From positions 636,579 through 700,578 of the forward strand of contig WELA01001939.1 of the NCBI GenBank assembly GCA_009602735.1: a stretch of 64,000 bases of DNA. The letters are read 5' to 3'. Both the position numbers and the translations under genes were made by a program. Source of the stretch: Mesotaenium endlicherianum. Taxonomy: Eukaryota. This document shows, piece by piece, positions 37,744 to 50,245 of this stretch. The stretch's first letter is position 1, and every line of letters begins with the position of its first letter. The notes under the pieces are model-generated. The model worked only from the letters and a program-made list of their open reading frames with translations. It did not search any database and had not been told where the DNA came from.

Positions 37744-40363
37744 ATCAGACTGAACAAGATCATTCAAGCCATGCAGTGCGAGAACGTCCATGATGTCGAT
37801 GGTCTCTTCTGTCTGTACTTAGGTGTGCATAGTGAATATATATCACAACAGGGCCTCTTTTACACCTGCACTACGGTTTGCTAACGGCAATCCACTACCT
37901 CTAGCACCCGGGATGCAAATTCCATGCACCTGATGCATATACGAATGCATCTTGCATGCTACCTAGCATGCGCCTCTAGCGAGCTCCGTTAGCTGCAAGG
38001 CCGGCAGAAACTTAGCATACTAGTAATATGCCCAGACCGTCCCTATGACAAAGACACAGACCTCCTTACACTTGACCAAGTGTACAGGTGGCATCCAAAA
38101 ACATATAGCCAACTGGACCTACGGCAAGTAGTCAAATTCCCTCTAGAATCTACGTTGACTTCCCATACATCAGTCAACATACCGTACAGACCTAAGTCTC
38201 GATATGCTGATTTATCTAAATCTCTTGCTGGCTCCAACAAGCCACAATGCTATAGTAAGACATGCCAAGCACCAAGCATGGCAACACCCAAAGCTCATTC
38301 AACTCAAGCACTCAAAGTACTCATTGACCGCAGCTGCTCTCGAACACTTGACCCTTAATAAACCATGCAAAATAAAAGAGAGTAAAAGGAAAGCCCGTGC
38401 GTCCATAAACCCAAGCCCTTAACCCCTGTGACCACATTAGGTCAAATAATCCAGCAGACTGACTTAACCTAAGTCAGCAATCACATAAGATCCGCATCCA
38501 TAAACCTCAGCACACTGATTAAACCCATTTTAAGCTTAAACCCAAAGCTCCTATGATCCCATCAAGTACCACTAAAGCACCGTCTCACACATAGCACTCA
38601 AGCACAAGGCACATATCCTAAACCCACCAAGCACAAATCGATGTGGCAAACAATAGAAGCACACAATGTCACAGCCACGATTGGGAGTAGGGGGTATTTG
38701 TAGGATGCCATTGTTTCTGCCGAAGCCTCTTCTTATAGAAGTTGCAGCATGATGAAGCTTGTGGACGACGTAGTGCACTTAGACCGTGGCAAGGATAACC
38801 TTCGTCAAGCCATACTTGGAAACTTAAGTTAGTAATTCATGTGTGCACGTATTGTCTCAAGTGCTCAACACATGCAGCCATACTCAAGCTCCCTCAACCT
38901 AACTACCACACATATAACGAGAGAGGAACGTCTCTTGCAAAGCAACAAGATTAAATCCTAAGGGATAGCACAACTGACTAACAAGTCCTCTAGCATAGCT
39001 GGAGTGCACACCTCTCTCTATACTAGCCGTGGATTGCATATAACAACACACAACGACTATGATCAAGTGAGGTAAATGAGTCATATCCAGCTTGCTAGGA
39101 TGCAACTCCCTTGCGGCTGCCCTTGATGCTTGCAGACACCTCTTCCATCAAGCCTCCACTTTAGGCTTCTCATTGCGTGCATCTGTACACAAGAGGCTAG
39201 GAAAGTCAAGTTAGTATGCCGCATAATACATTTTGAGCCAAGCGGCACACTAGGTGAGCAATTAAGTGGAAGGATCCTGGACAGAATGTGCAATGCTCTA
39301 CGTCATACAATTCCCAAGCTCCACCTAGACACAGCATACCACACAAGTAAGCCTCACACAATTACCTCATGAGACAAAGAAGACAAGCACGGACATTTTA
39401 GAAAGGACTTAGCTCCAATACCATTGAAATGAATCTTGCTTATTCAAGATAAATATATATCATTTAAATATATAAGATCAGAGATACGTGGAAGCGTATA
39501 AAATCAAGGAGCGATCTTTGTCCTTAGAACAAATCGTGTAACTCATCTATACCTCTTGACTCACTTACCGTAGTGTGCCATAGTTGCACACTAACACAAG
39601 GCACAAGAAAGAGGCGAGCTTGAGGACTAAAGCTTCTCCTTTAGAAGCTTATGGCCCCAAAAGTGCACACATGACTTGCAAGTAGAAAATTTGACTCCAA
39701 AGCCTACTGTCCAGAATGAGAGACCACGAGATCCCAGCCTGCTATGTACCTAGTGACCACCTGGTTGACCACGACGCAAGGTGCGCCGTTTCGTGGGAAA
39801 CCCGTTAAGTTGGGACCTACGGATCTAGGTATAACGACCATATCAATTGGTCGATTTACTGAAGTCCTAACTGTTCAGTTGACTGACGACGGCTCCGCCT
39901 ACCCAGGAGTTAACCACACTGGTAGGACATCGGTTTACCAAATCTCAGTTGACTTCCCGACTTTCAGTACACTATGGTCACATGTGCCAACCTACAAATA
40001 GTAATCTAAATGAATTTATCTATTCTCAGCGTACTGAAGCTAAGTATACTGACTAATATCAAGCGAGCTTACAATATGTCAACTTACTGATGTTATATCC
40101 TAAACATAACTGATATATAAATCTCAGCAAACTATACTATGATACAAAAGTCATCCTGCTGACTTTTTCAACAAAGTCAGCAAACTACACTATGATACAA
40201 AAGTCATCCTGCTGACCTTTTTGACAAAGTCAGTAAACTCGCATTATGTCGACATACATTCATTTAGATGAAGTAGCGCATGTGAGTATGTTGATACATT
40301 ACTTATTTAGAGGTGTAATTATATATGCAATTGATTAAGTAGATAATGAACTAATTCATTACA

Positions 40364-41308
40364 TGCTGCCTTCTTTGCAGCTTCTTTGGCTCCTGCATCA
40401 TGCAGCGTTTTTAAGTAGGTACATTTTCAAAGATGCGGCTTTCATCTTGCTCTTTCTCAATGTTATCATTGTCCTCACCCTCCATTTCACGAGAGTTGCT
40501 AGCTTGAGACCCAGTCCTTACCATACAAGACGACTGTGCTAGCTTGCTCCAATAACTCTGAAATGAATCGACTTACGAGTAGGCGATTAATAATTAATGG
40601 AAGATCTTTATGTGAGCAAGTAATCTCTATGGTATTTTTTGTTAATTGATTTAACAACAAAAGACAAGACACTAGCAGCGAACAATACTCATAAGTCAAA
40701 TGCAAGTAAACAAGAATCAATCATGCAATGAGTAAACTTATACATAAGCAAGGTTGGAAGACAGGTCGCATCAATGGCTTCTCGCCTTGAATTCAGTTAT
40801 CTCTCAGTAAGCAGTACAAGAGAGTTGGCCTCGTTTCCGAATCCAAACTCGAGAGCAATACCTAGCATATGTACATCGAGTGAGTTTATTGTTCAACGGC
40901 AAGTGCAATGGCACCGCCTACCCGGGACTTAACCTCGTCGGTAAGACCTCGGCTAACCAAATCCACAGCCACCTCCCATCATCCGGCATTGCCATCTACC
41001 TTAAGGGTGTCATGTGACTATTCATCTAGCACACCACGCTTAGATGCATAACTACGCAGTTCGCTGCTACTGAGTACGGCAGTCAGCTGACTGTCAAAGA
41101 ATGTGTTAGCAAGCTGACCTAAGTCAGCAAGCTAACCTAAGTTAACTTCAGCCTGCTGCTCCCAGCTGAGTCATTAAACTAAGTATTAAACATCCACCAG
41201 ACTTAATATTAACTAAAGTTCAGCAGACTTTACTTATTTGACTATTATTTTTATTAATAATTGCATTTAAATGAACATTATATCTACTCAATATACTGAT
41301 TCATTACA
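40364..41308 (-). mobile_element. Degenerate family-A 5' LTR (40559-41308), decayed PBS and gag start
   Basis: LTR homology; the minus strand then reads ATGGTAAGGACTGGGTCTCAAGCTAGCAACTC, like the gag start at 21488. Confidence 0.82.
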
Positions 41309-42871
41309 ACAATCTTGTTAAGAACTCATGGCAACGTGGAATGCTTGCCCCGCTTACGTTTGTTTTCGGAATTGCTGCCTACTCTCACGCTTGAGTCCTC
41401 CTCCACCTCCACTACTCGCTCTTCATCTTCCTGTGAGCTCGAAGAAAGGGAGTCTCCACCGTCGCCCATCATCACTAATACCCTAACTACAAATACTTAG
41501 AAAATATTTAGCCACATTGGAAGTTATGGAGGCTCCAGGCTCCTGGAAAAATTGGAGTGCATTCAGCATCGAAGTTGTAAACTGGTAGCAGTGAACGAGG
41601 TGGTGACGAAGCTGGTGGGCTATGGGTAGTTAATCTAGTGCGTTAGTGTCTACCAGATTGACGTTATTCGTCGTAAGGTGATTAGAATTATATCCAACTT
41701 TACGTGTTAAAACACAATTGTTCCCCCGCCAGCCACTTCCCGCGTAGTCGGCGATGATTGGATATGTTTTCACGATTTCTTTAGTCAGGTTGTCAGAGAC
41801 AACATAGGTTTTGCTTTCCACACACGTCATCGATTTATTTGTCGTTTTTCCCATCGACCAACGTATTTAGCACGTTACGCGTCAAGGTCGGCGTAACACG
41901 TGTGTACGTCCACGTTATACGGATACGACAAAAATGTATTCTATAACTAGGTGTGTTAGGGTCATACACAGCAAGCATAAGGGCAGAATACACAGCATAT
42001 TTAAGGGTCCCATATGTGTTTCTTAGTAAGGTAAGTCAGTTTATTGACCTTAGTAGAATGGTTCTCAATAACTTGCTAATCTTGTGATGAGCAATTGGCC
42101 CTCTCAAAAGGCGCTTTCCAGTTATTTAAAGACCTATCTTGTGGTGAAAGAAGTAAAAACCTTACAATGAAGGCTACTCATTGTACTATCGATGATCCTT
42201 TGGAGCGCGGTGGGTAACACTTGATTATGATCATATACAAACTTGCGTGCAAACAAAATCCCGTTTTCTATGGGACGGGCCAAGTTATGGATCTCACAAA
42301 GTCATAAGTTTTGGATATATTGTAAACACGGCGAATTATGAAACCAACGGACTTCATAAGTAGGAAATTCCGTTGGAATTTGGCTTTCGGGTGCTAGGAT
42401 TTCCATCGCCAATCAGTTGATCGTTCTACTTTAGAAGTTAGTTGGCAGTCTGCGATTTAAGTAATATAATATGCCATTTAATCATAATAGCTCTTCTGCT
42501 TGAGATTGGAAAAATGGTGGTAATGACCAGCCTAGGCCACTTGAGAAGTTGACCGTCTGCGCGGTCAGAAGGTGTGACTTTGACCAATTTTGACGTACAG
42601 TATTGCACGGGCCACGACTGGCCACGACACAAAAGTTGTTCTTGGAAGTCGAGCAGCTAACGATGACGGGGGTTTGGCAACTCGAGTCTTCACCTTGCTG
42701 GAACGCAATTGCGCGCCATAAACGCGGACGCTCGCACGATGGTAACTGGGGCGTCCAGTCGTCCACTGCATTTTGTCAGCTGCAACGTGATGAACGTCGC
42801 AAAAGCCAGATCAGCCGACAACAATCTGAAGATGTAATCATATCAAAATTCACAGACAACTGTGTCCAGAC

Positions 42872-43187
42872 CAGGCCCCAGGATTCGACCATCCTAAAAA
42901 CATCCGGCAATTTTTGAAAACATCAGGACCTGACTCCCATGATTTTTTAGGACATCCGATATTATTCGGAAGATGTTTTTATATTTCTTTGTTTTTGAGA
43001 GAAACATCTTTGTGTTAGAGGAAGAAATCCGAACAAAACATCCGTAAGCTATACAAGGAAATGCGTGACTTTGGACATCCGCTTCCAATGACCAGGATTT
43101 CGTTTGATATAATCTGAAATATGGTACAATTTTGAAAGCATCCAAAAAAGCAAATAACATAAAATTTATCTCAAATCCTGGGGCCTG
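42872..43187. mobile_element. hAT-type MITE, 316 bp
   Basis: 14-bp TIRs CAGGCCCCAGGATT / AATCCTGGGGCCTG; perfect 8-bp TSD GTCCAGAC at 42864-42871 and 43188-43195; internal ACATCCG repeats. Confidence 0.92.
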
Positions 43188-44829
43188 GTCCAGACTCTGT
43201 CATAATGAAATGCAGGGCGCTTTTAGGGCGTTGTCTCCTTGTTATAGCTGTTTCTAGAGCGCACTGTGGTCAAGTTTGGTTTGTCTTACCTGAATTAGGT
43301 CACAAATGGGGCCGGCTACAGCCCCCCTTTGAACAACGGACAAAGTTTCTCATCTGCGTCGCTAATAACTGGCTATAACCCTGTTTGAACCATGGAAATG
43401 TCGTTGTTTTTCTGTCTACCTTGTATCTTTTCGAGGCCGGCTGCAGCTCTTGGGGACATGGATAGTTGAAACTTGGCTATGCAACACTCTTTCAACCACT
43501 TGCGACCCAGGTGGGACGCTGGCCTTGGATCGAGACATCATCAGCGGTCAGTGAATTTCGCGAGGCTTGGAAAACCCTAATGGCCTGCTGGCTGCCTCCA
43601 GTTACCTGCTATATGGGCGTATTTCTTACTTTAGGTAAGCTCTCAAAAGCACACGTACACTCTACGCAACCTCGCAATGAGGTGTGCATCGTAGCGCAGG
43701 AACCGTAGACTGCCGTAGACTGTTTGTGGGCTTTAGACAGTCCATTTTACACACAAGTCTCAGAGGAGCTCATCGCTAGTCATCATCTCTGCAGCATCTG
43801 AAGTCACATCTTCAGCGCGTGCCAACTGGTGCCAACACAACCCGCGAATTTCAGCGCCAGCAGCGTAGAGTCGCCCGGAGCAGCCGACGCCTGCCTCAAC
43901 CTGCATGCCCAGCCGTGCCTGCTATATGGCCAGCTTTGGCCATCTACTTCACACGCACCGAGGCTGGAAAAACTTGCAGAGCCGGCTTGAAACTTTCCTA
44001 TCAAACAAACGAGCTAGGGTCGTTGTCGCGTTCGCATGCCCAGGCGACAATCCGGAGAAAGGTCGCCAAATTGTGAGACAGCACTCCATAGCACTTCAGA
44101 GCATACAAAGGTCGTTTCCAACCTTCATAACGCCCGCCATATCTCAAACTACTGCTGCACAGCTCTACACCGGTTTGCGCCGCCTCTTTTAGTTATTCAT
44201 CTACAAAGCTTGTAGCGTCCGATTGTCTGGTTTCTTTCCAAAGTTGAACTGTATTCGCTACATCGAATTTTGAAGACGCCTTTGGATTTACCCAACCAGC
44301 ACCCTTAAAAAGGTACTTACTCTTCCTTGGAAGTAGACCAAGAAGATTTGTAGCAATTGAACTTCCAGCAGGTACGTTGTAGCTATCGTTGTCCCTGGGT
44401 TGTGCTTTCATGAACTATTTATGGTGCTAGGGTTTCTGTTGACCGCGGAGTTTGAACTTTGGAGCTATTTATTTTGTCCTGACCATGGTTGCAAGATTAC
44501 GAGTGTAACTTGATGCCGTGTCGTTATTGATGTTCGAAAACACCGCGACTTACTTTCCCCTAATGCTTTGACATTTGGCCTCCTCTTCCGCCATGTCCAT
44601 GTTCTGCTTCCAGGAGGCAAACAACCTGTTATCTGATCCTGGTCTTTATAATTGGTTCTCGGTTTGTTTGTGTACTCCGACAATGCCCATTACTCCTGCT
44701 AACATTGGGCGACTTTGTTGAAGTAGGGGTACTTGGTTTGCTGCTAAAACTGTTGGTGTGGTGATACAGCTAGAAAGTGGCAAAAGTTTGTTTGCTAACT
44801 ATCTTGTGCTTGATTGGTTGCAGACCTGA

Positions 44830-44838
44830 ATGATATAA
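44830..44838 (+). promoter_or_regulatory. SAMDC-type tiny uORF (ATG ATA TAA) overlapping the small-uORF start by one base
   Basis: ATGATATAATG directly after a TTGCAG acceptor at 44823, the known plant AdoMetDC leader arrangement. Confidence 0.9.
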
Positions 44839-45303
44839 TGGAGCCAAAGTCTTCAAATTCCAGTAGTAATTCCAGGCAATACGAGAAATCCCTTGGTTAC
44901 GTAACAGAGGACGTGCGCCCCTGCGGTGGAGTTGACTTCTTCCGTTCCGCTGCTTACTCTAACGTACGTATAAACTTCGTTGGTTGCTGGGGTGACTTCT
45001 ATATGTCTTCGAATAATGCCTGGTACTGCATGAGTTGCAGCTGTTAGGTGTGCATCTTACAACGTGCTCGCTATATCAAGCTCAAAAATTGTCGGGATGT
45101 TCAATAGGGTGGTTCCCTACAGAGTGAGTACGCATTACTGTCACCAATTTGCGGACAGGCCATAGTGAGCATCTTTTGGTGTGACATGTTTATGAAGGCT
45201 ATTCTGCCCTCCTGGTTTCAAGAACCTGCCAAATTCTCTGGTCTAATTCTTTGACTTGTTTTCAATGCTTGTGCTGCTGCAGTGCGTCCGCAAGCCATCC
45301 TGA
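44838..45303 (+). CDS. SAMDC conserved small uORF peptide, 48 aa; join(44838..44963,45283..45303)
   Basis: MEPKSSNSSSNSRQYEKSLGYVTEDVRPCGGVDFFRSAAYSN|CVRKPS*; matches the plant AdoMetDC leader peptide pattern (LGY..EDVRP.GG...FRSAAYSNC.RKPS); GT-AG intron 44964-45282. Confidence 0.93.
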
Positions 45304-45446
45304 TACGGTACGGGCGTTTATGTTACACGGTTAGGCAGATTAAGTATTAGATATCTTTAGATTTTAGTCACTAGCCTTAGGCCCCTAGAGAGCCCGATCT
45401 TAGCCACGCAGCATCTCAGCTTGCGCTCTTCAAGACAGTTGCAACC

Positions 45447-48420
45447 ATGGCCCCAGAAATTGGAGCTGGAGCTCCCCCCTCTCTCCCATGCCCTGGGTTC
45501 GAAGGCTTTGAGAAGCGTCTGGAGGTGGAGTTCTCTCTGCCTGCCCGTGCAGGCCTCCTGACATCTGTCCAGATGGTTGATGCCACTGGCCTCCGTGGAA
45601 TCCCGCGCTCTGAGCTTGACACCATGCTCACTGCAGCCCAGTGCACCATTGTCTCTCAGCTCTCCAACGAGCACTTTGACTCGTATGTCCTTTCCGAGTC
45701 CAGCCTCTTTGTCTACCCAACCAAGGTTGTCATCAAGACATGTGGCACCACCAGGCTGCTGCAGGCGATTCCGGAGCTTCTGGACTCGGCCGCGCGCCTC
45801 AACATGGTTGCCCGCCGCTGCAAGTACACCCGGGGCACATTCATGTTCCCCCAGGTGCAGCCTGCACCACATGGAAGCTTCTCGGACGAGGTGAAGACCC
45901 TGGAGGAGCACTTCGGCCACCTGGGAGGTGGTGGGAAGGCGTACGTGATGGGAGACATGACCAAGTTCCCCAACTGGCACATCTATGTGGCTGACGCCGA
46001 GGGGCTGTCCCGGCTGGAGGAGCCCACCTACACTCTGGAGATGTGCATGACGAAGCTTGACAAGGTGGCTGCTGGGCAATTCTTCCAGGATGCGGGCTTT
46101 GCCAATGCCAAGGCAGTCACAAAGGCCTCTGGAATCTCTGGGCTCCTTCCTGGCTCCCAGATCGACGACTTCAGCTTCGAGCCCTGCGGGTACTCGATGA
46201 ACTCCATCGAGATGAACGCCCACTCCACCATCCACATCACCCCGGAGGACGGGTTCAGCTACGCCAGCTTCGAGACCATGGGGTACGGCAACGCTGAGCT
46301 GGAGCTGGGAGAGCTTGTCAAGAAGGTGGCCGCTGTGTTCAAGCCCGGCTGCTTCTCCCTGGCCGTGCATGCCAACGGCCCAGTGGGAGTGAAGGGAGCA
46401 GGCGCTTGGGGCGGGGTGCTTCCCTCCTTTGAGGGGTACTCGTGCGAGGGGACCAACAAGCAGGAGCTCCCCTTTGGCAGCGCGACTGTGTTCCACACTT
46501 ACAAGGCAAACGAGGCTGCCTTTGGACTGGAGTCTGTGGCACCCCTGCCCCTCTTCGAGGCTGCGCAGCAGAAGGCAGCTCCAGCCATGGCTGTGGACCA
46601 GGTGGTGCCTGTGGTGGAGAAGCAGGCTGCAGAGTCGAAGCCCGCGGGAAGGAGGCCCATGTTCCATGCGCAGCCCGTACTGGAGACCACTCTAGAGTTT
46701 GGCCCGGACGCGGCCGCAGTGATGGCTGCCTTCAACGCCAGCCTGGTGGGGACCACGAGCAGCGATATGGATGCATGCATCCGCAAGCAGGTTACGAGCA
46801 CCGGGGCCGAAGAGCCCTTTTACGTGATGGACTTGGGGGTGGTTCTGCGCCTGTGGAAGACGTGGACGTCCGCCATGCCGCGCGTGCAGCCCTTCTACGC
46901 CGTCAAGTGCAACCCCGACCCCGCCCTCCTGTCCCTGCTGGCGGCCCTTGGGGCTGGTTTCGACGTGGCCAGCAAGTCGGAGATCACAGCGGTCGTGACG
47001 CGTGGCGTCAGCAGCGAGCGCATGATCTACGCCAACCCCTGCAAGCTGCCCTCGCACATCACCGCCGCGGCCAAGGATGGCGTGCTGCGGACCACCTTTG
47101 ACTCGGAGTCAGAGCTCGTCAAGTTGAAGAAGTACCACCCGGGCGCGCACGCGGTGCTGCGCCTGCGCGCCGATGACCGCGGCGCGCGCTGCCCCCTGGG
47201 CGTGAAGTACGGCGCCGAGCTGGAGGAGTGCGAGCACCTCCTCAAGGTGGCGCAGTCTCTGGGCATCCATGTGGCGGGCGTGGCCTTCCACGTGGGCAGT
47301 GGCGCTGCGGACTCCCAGTCGTACACGGACGGCATCGAGACGGTGCGCTCGCTCTTTGACATGGCGGAGGCCCTCGGCATGGCCCCCATGACCCTGCTGG
47401 ACATCGGCGGCGGCTTCACGTCCAAGGGCGGCAGCGGCATGGGCTTTGCGCAGGCGGCCACGGCGATCAACGAGGCGCTCGACGAGTACTTCCCCGAGAG
47501 CATGGGTGTGCAGATCATTGGCGAGCCCGGGCGGTTCTTTGCGGAGGCGCCCTCCACGCTGGCGACGCACGTGTTTGGCACGCGCTTCCGCGGCAAGGGC
47601 CACGCCCGCAAGGCGGAGTACTGGATCAACGACGGCATATACGGCTCGATGAACTGCCTGCTCTACGACCACGCAGAGCTCACTGCCCGGCCCCTCATGG
47701 TGGCCTCGGCCGGGGCTGGCGCGAAGGGTGGCGCGTCGTGGCTGTCGCAGAAGATGCTGCCATCGACCATCTTTGGCCCCACCTGCGACGGCCTGGACAC
47801 TGTGCTGCGCGATGTGTGCCTGCCCCAGCTGGAGTGCGGTGACTGGCTGGTGCGTGCCGTTCTCTGCTCTGCTTGTTTGTGCCTGGGGTTGGTGCTGCTG
47901 AGTTGGTGCATTATGCATACTTTTTTTCCCTGTTGAGCTGGTCAGAGATGAAGAGGACTTGCCTTTCAGTTGTAGCTGCGGAGTATTGAACAGGATTGCT
48001 GCTTTGCATCTGGTTGCAGTGAAAGCTGCCACGGCAGCTTCTTATGGTATGAATGCTGGTTGGGATGTAGTGTGCGGTGATGTTCTGTGTTTACTGTGAC
48101 TTATGTGAGCATTTTTTTGTGGATTGCAGGTGTTTCCTCGCATGGGAGCATACACTCAGGCAGCTGGGACGAGCTTCAACGGCTTTGACACCAAGGACAT
48201 TCGCACTGTGTATGTCTACTCAAGCATGAATGCATACGACGAGGATCTGTCGTGTCTCGATGAGCCTGAAGGGGTGGACATTGAGTACAATGACAGTTCT
48301 TCCGACACATGCGAGGAGATCTGTGCTGACATGTATGGCACTGGCTCAGACACTTTTGAGGGTGTGTCATCCTTTGAGCGGGGCGAATCTTCAAGTGGCA
48401 GTGATGATGACAATTTCTGA
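45447..48420 (+). CDS. SAMDC-ODC: Bifunctional S-adenosylmethionine decarboxylase / ornithine decarboxylase fusion, ~897 aa; join(45447..47849,48130..48420)
   Basis: SAMDC: GFEGFEKRLE, YVLSESSLF, KTCGTT, FEPCGYSMN, TIHITPEDGFSYASFE. ODC: PFYAVKCN, YANPCK, FHVGSG, LDIGGGF, EPGRFFA, NDGIYGS..LYDHA, FGPTCDGLD, and GDWL|VFPRMGAYT restored by splicing 47850-48129. Confidence 0.95.
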
Positions 48421-50245
48421 GAGGCTGTTTTCTTTCTTGTTGAGGAGGGGAGAGTGTTTGCAGAAGCAGAGATGCTGTTTTGTTCCCAGTGTTACAGGAG
48501 GTTGATTTTTTCTTCTGTAGTGGCTGAGTTTGGCTAAGCTTTGGGGGCCTTTAGCGTAGCGATCATATGACTAGTTAACTTCCAGAACAACAAACTGACT
48601 TTTGTAGTGGTTTTGATTATTAAAAGTCCATAGTTGACAGGGTGCCTGTCAGCTATGATGAGTACTAATGAGGTGCACAGATGTTGCGGTCCCTTTATGG
48701 AGATTCCCTTTTTTTGCATGTGTATATGCGACCTGCTAGCAGCTGCATGCAAGAAAAGATAATGCTGATACTTCTGTAAATATACTAGGCCCCAGACCAC
48801 ACAGTCAGACGCTTTTAAAAATAGGGGGCAGCATATAACATGCGTGAGGATGAATGGATGCCCTCTTTGCATGGTATAGTGGAAGGTGATGTATGTTGGA
48901 GGCAGATGTAGTACAATCTTCTAGTCGATTGTTAACAATTTGACAACCCATGGTTGTTTTAGACCTTGTCAAAGACTTCAAACAGAGTGATGACTGTAAG
49001 AAATGATTATACTACGGAATGACAAATCTAATCTATCCTACTCAACATATTGAAGGTTTGCAACAAGAAATGTCGCAAACCGAGGTTTGACAAGTGGTCA
49101 AATTTGATGGATTTCACGTGGACCGCGCTACATTGACAAACCAACCCTCGTAAAGGCTTCTCCTTGCAAAGAAGCCTTCATTGCAGCAGGAAGTAGCTGC
49201 TATAGTTAGCCACCCGCCCACCCTCTAACCCTCCCCTTCATGGGGAAGTGCACGAGGCAGGCACCAAAAGCTCGTGCCAGCGCCAGTCACAGCCATGCAC
49301 AATAGTTGTTTGTGTTTGCTTGGTGCGTTTAATGTCTATTGACCTCAAGACAGCAAGAGTGCAGTTGTTAATGAAGCGTTGTTTTTAGAAGATTGAATAT
49401 AGTTGTCTTAACTTAGTCAAGAATATATTTCCGTAGCATCATGTAGGAAAAGACTAGAGAAGAACAGAGGACACGCAAGATTGTAGCATACTACTACTCC
49501 TACTAATCTTTTCTAAATCACCTTCTTTCTTTCGAAATCAGGCAATTTGAACACAAATTGTCAAATGTCTACTTTGAAGCTAAATCCTATTCTTTGTTAA
49601 TCCATCTTGCAGAGTTTCCTACTGCACTTATAGATGTTTTTCCAAGTGAGCTGTATTACCTGCCCTTAGACTTTCTTCTTAATGTTCATCTCATTTCTTT
49701 TCATTCTTCTTTCTTTGGTCAACTGAGTGATGAGAAGCCCAAGGATATGTTCATGTGTGTCCCTGTCCCAACTCCCTTGAAAATTAAAAAATCACCAGCG
49801 AAATATTGACCTGCAAAGCAGTTCCTGAAGATAGTCCATTCCGAAAGTTGATACACTGCTTTGTGGAACAGGATCTACTCCATTACGCATGACTCCTGGG
49901 GCTATTCGGTATGCATAATGATATGCGCATGAAGGTGAGCATACATCCTGCGACTATATAACATTATACATGCAGATCAGAATGAGAAATGTGAGTGCAC
50001 GCTGAGTTCTGAGGGGGCCCCTTTCGGGAATCTAACAGACAAATGATAGCCCTCAAAAAGGTTGGTGCACCAGCATTCTTCTGTGAGCACCCCACGCAAC
50101 AGTGCCACAAGAAACCGATTGCCAAGTCTTAAAAGTCCAGGCTTGATAGCCGTCCTCTCTCAGAAGCAGAGCGGGCCGGCAAAATCTGGAGCCGGAGAGC
50201 GAGGCGAAGAAAATCGTCAGTGCCGTGCCGGCAAAGTAAGCTGCA

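Larger units (their letters stand above)
32382..40363 (-). mobile_element. Family-D LTR element with no recognisable gag/pol (non-autonomous, LARD-like); LTRs ~32382-33621 and 39425-40363
   Basis: The two LTRs are homologous; minus-strand PBS TGGTATTGGAGC at 39412-39423; minus-strand PPT AAGTTGCGGAGAT at 33622-33634; interior has only short ORFs. No TSD verified. Confidence 0.75.

Noticed and set aside
44964..45047. Cys-rich end of the 77-aa ORF 44814-45047
   Set aside because: Intron; the uORF ends with CVRKPS at 45283-45303.
47850..47936. Hydrophobic, transmembrane-like end of the 829-aa ORF
   Set aside because: Intron read-through; splicing at 47850 restores GDWLVFPRMGAYT.
45357..48032. 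Long minus-strand ORFs (436, 203, 307 aa) over SAMDC-ODC
   Set aside because: Shadow frames expected from high GC3 codon usage.
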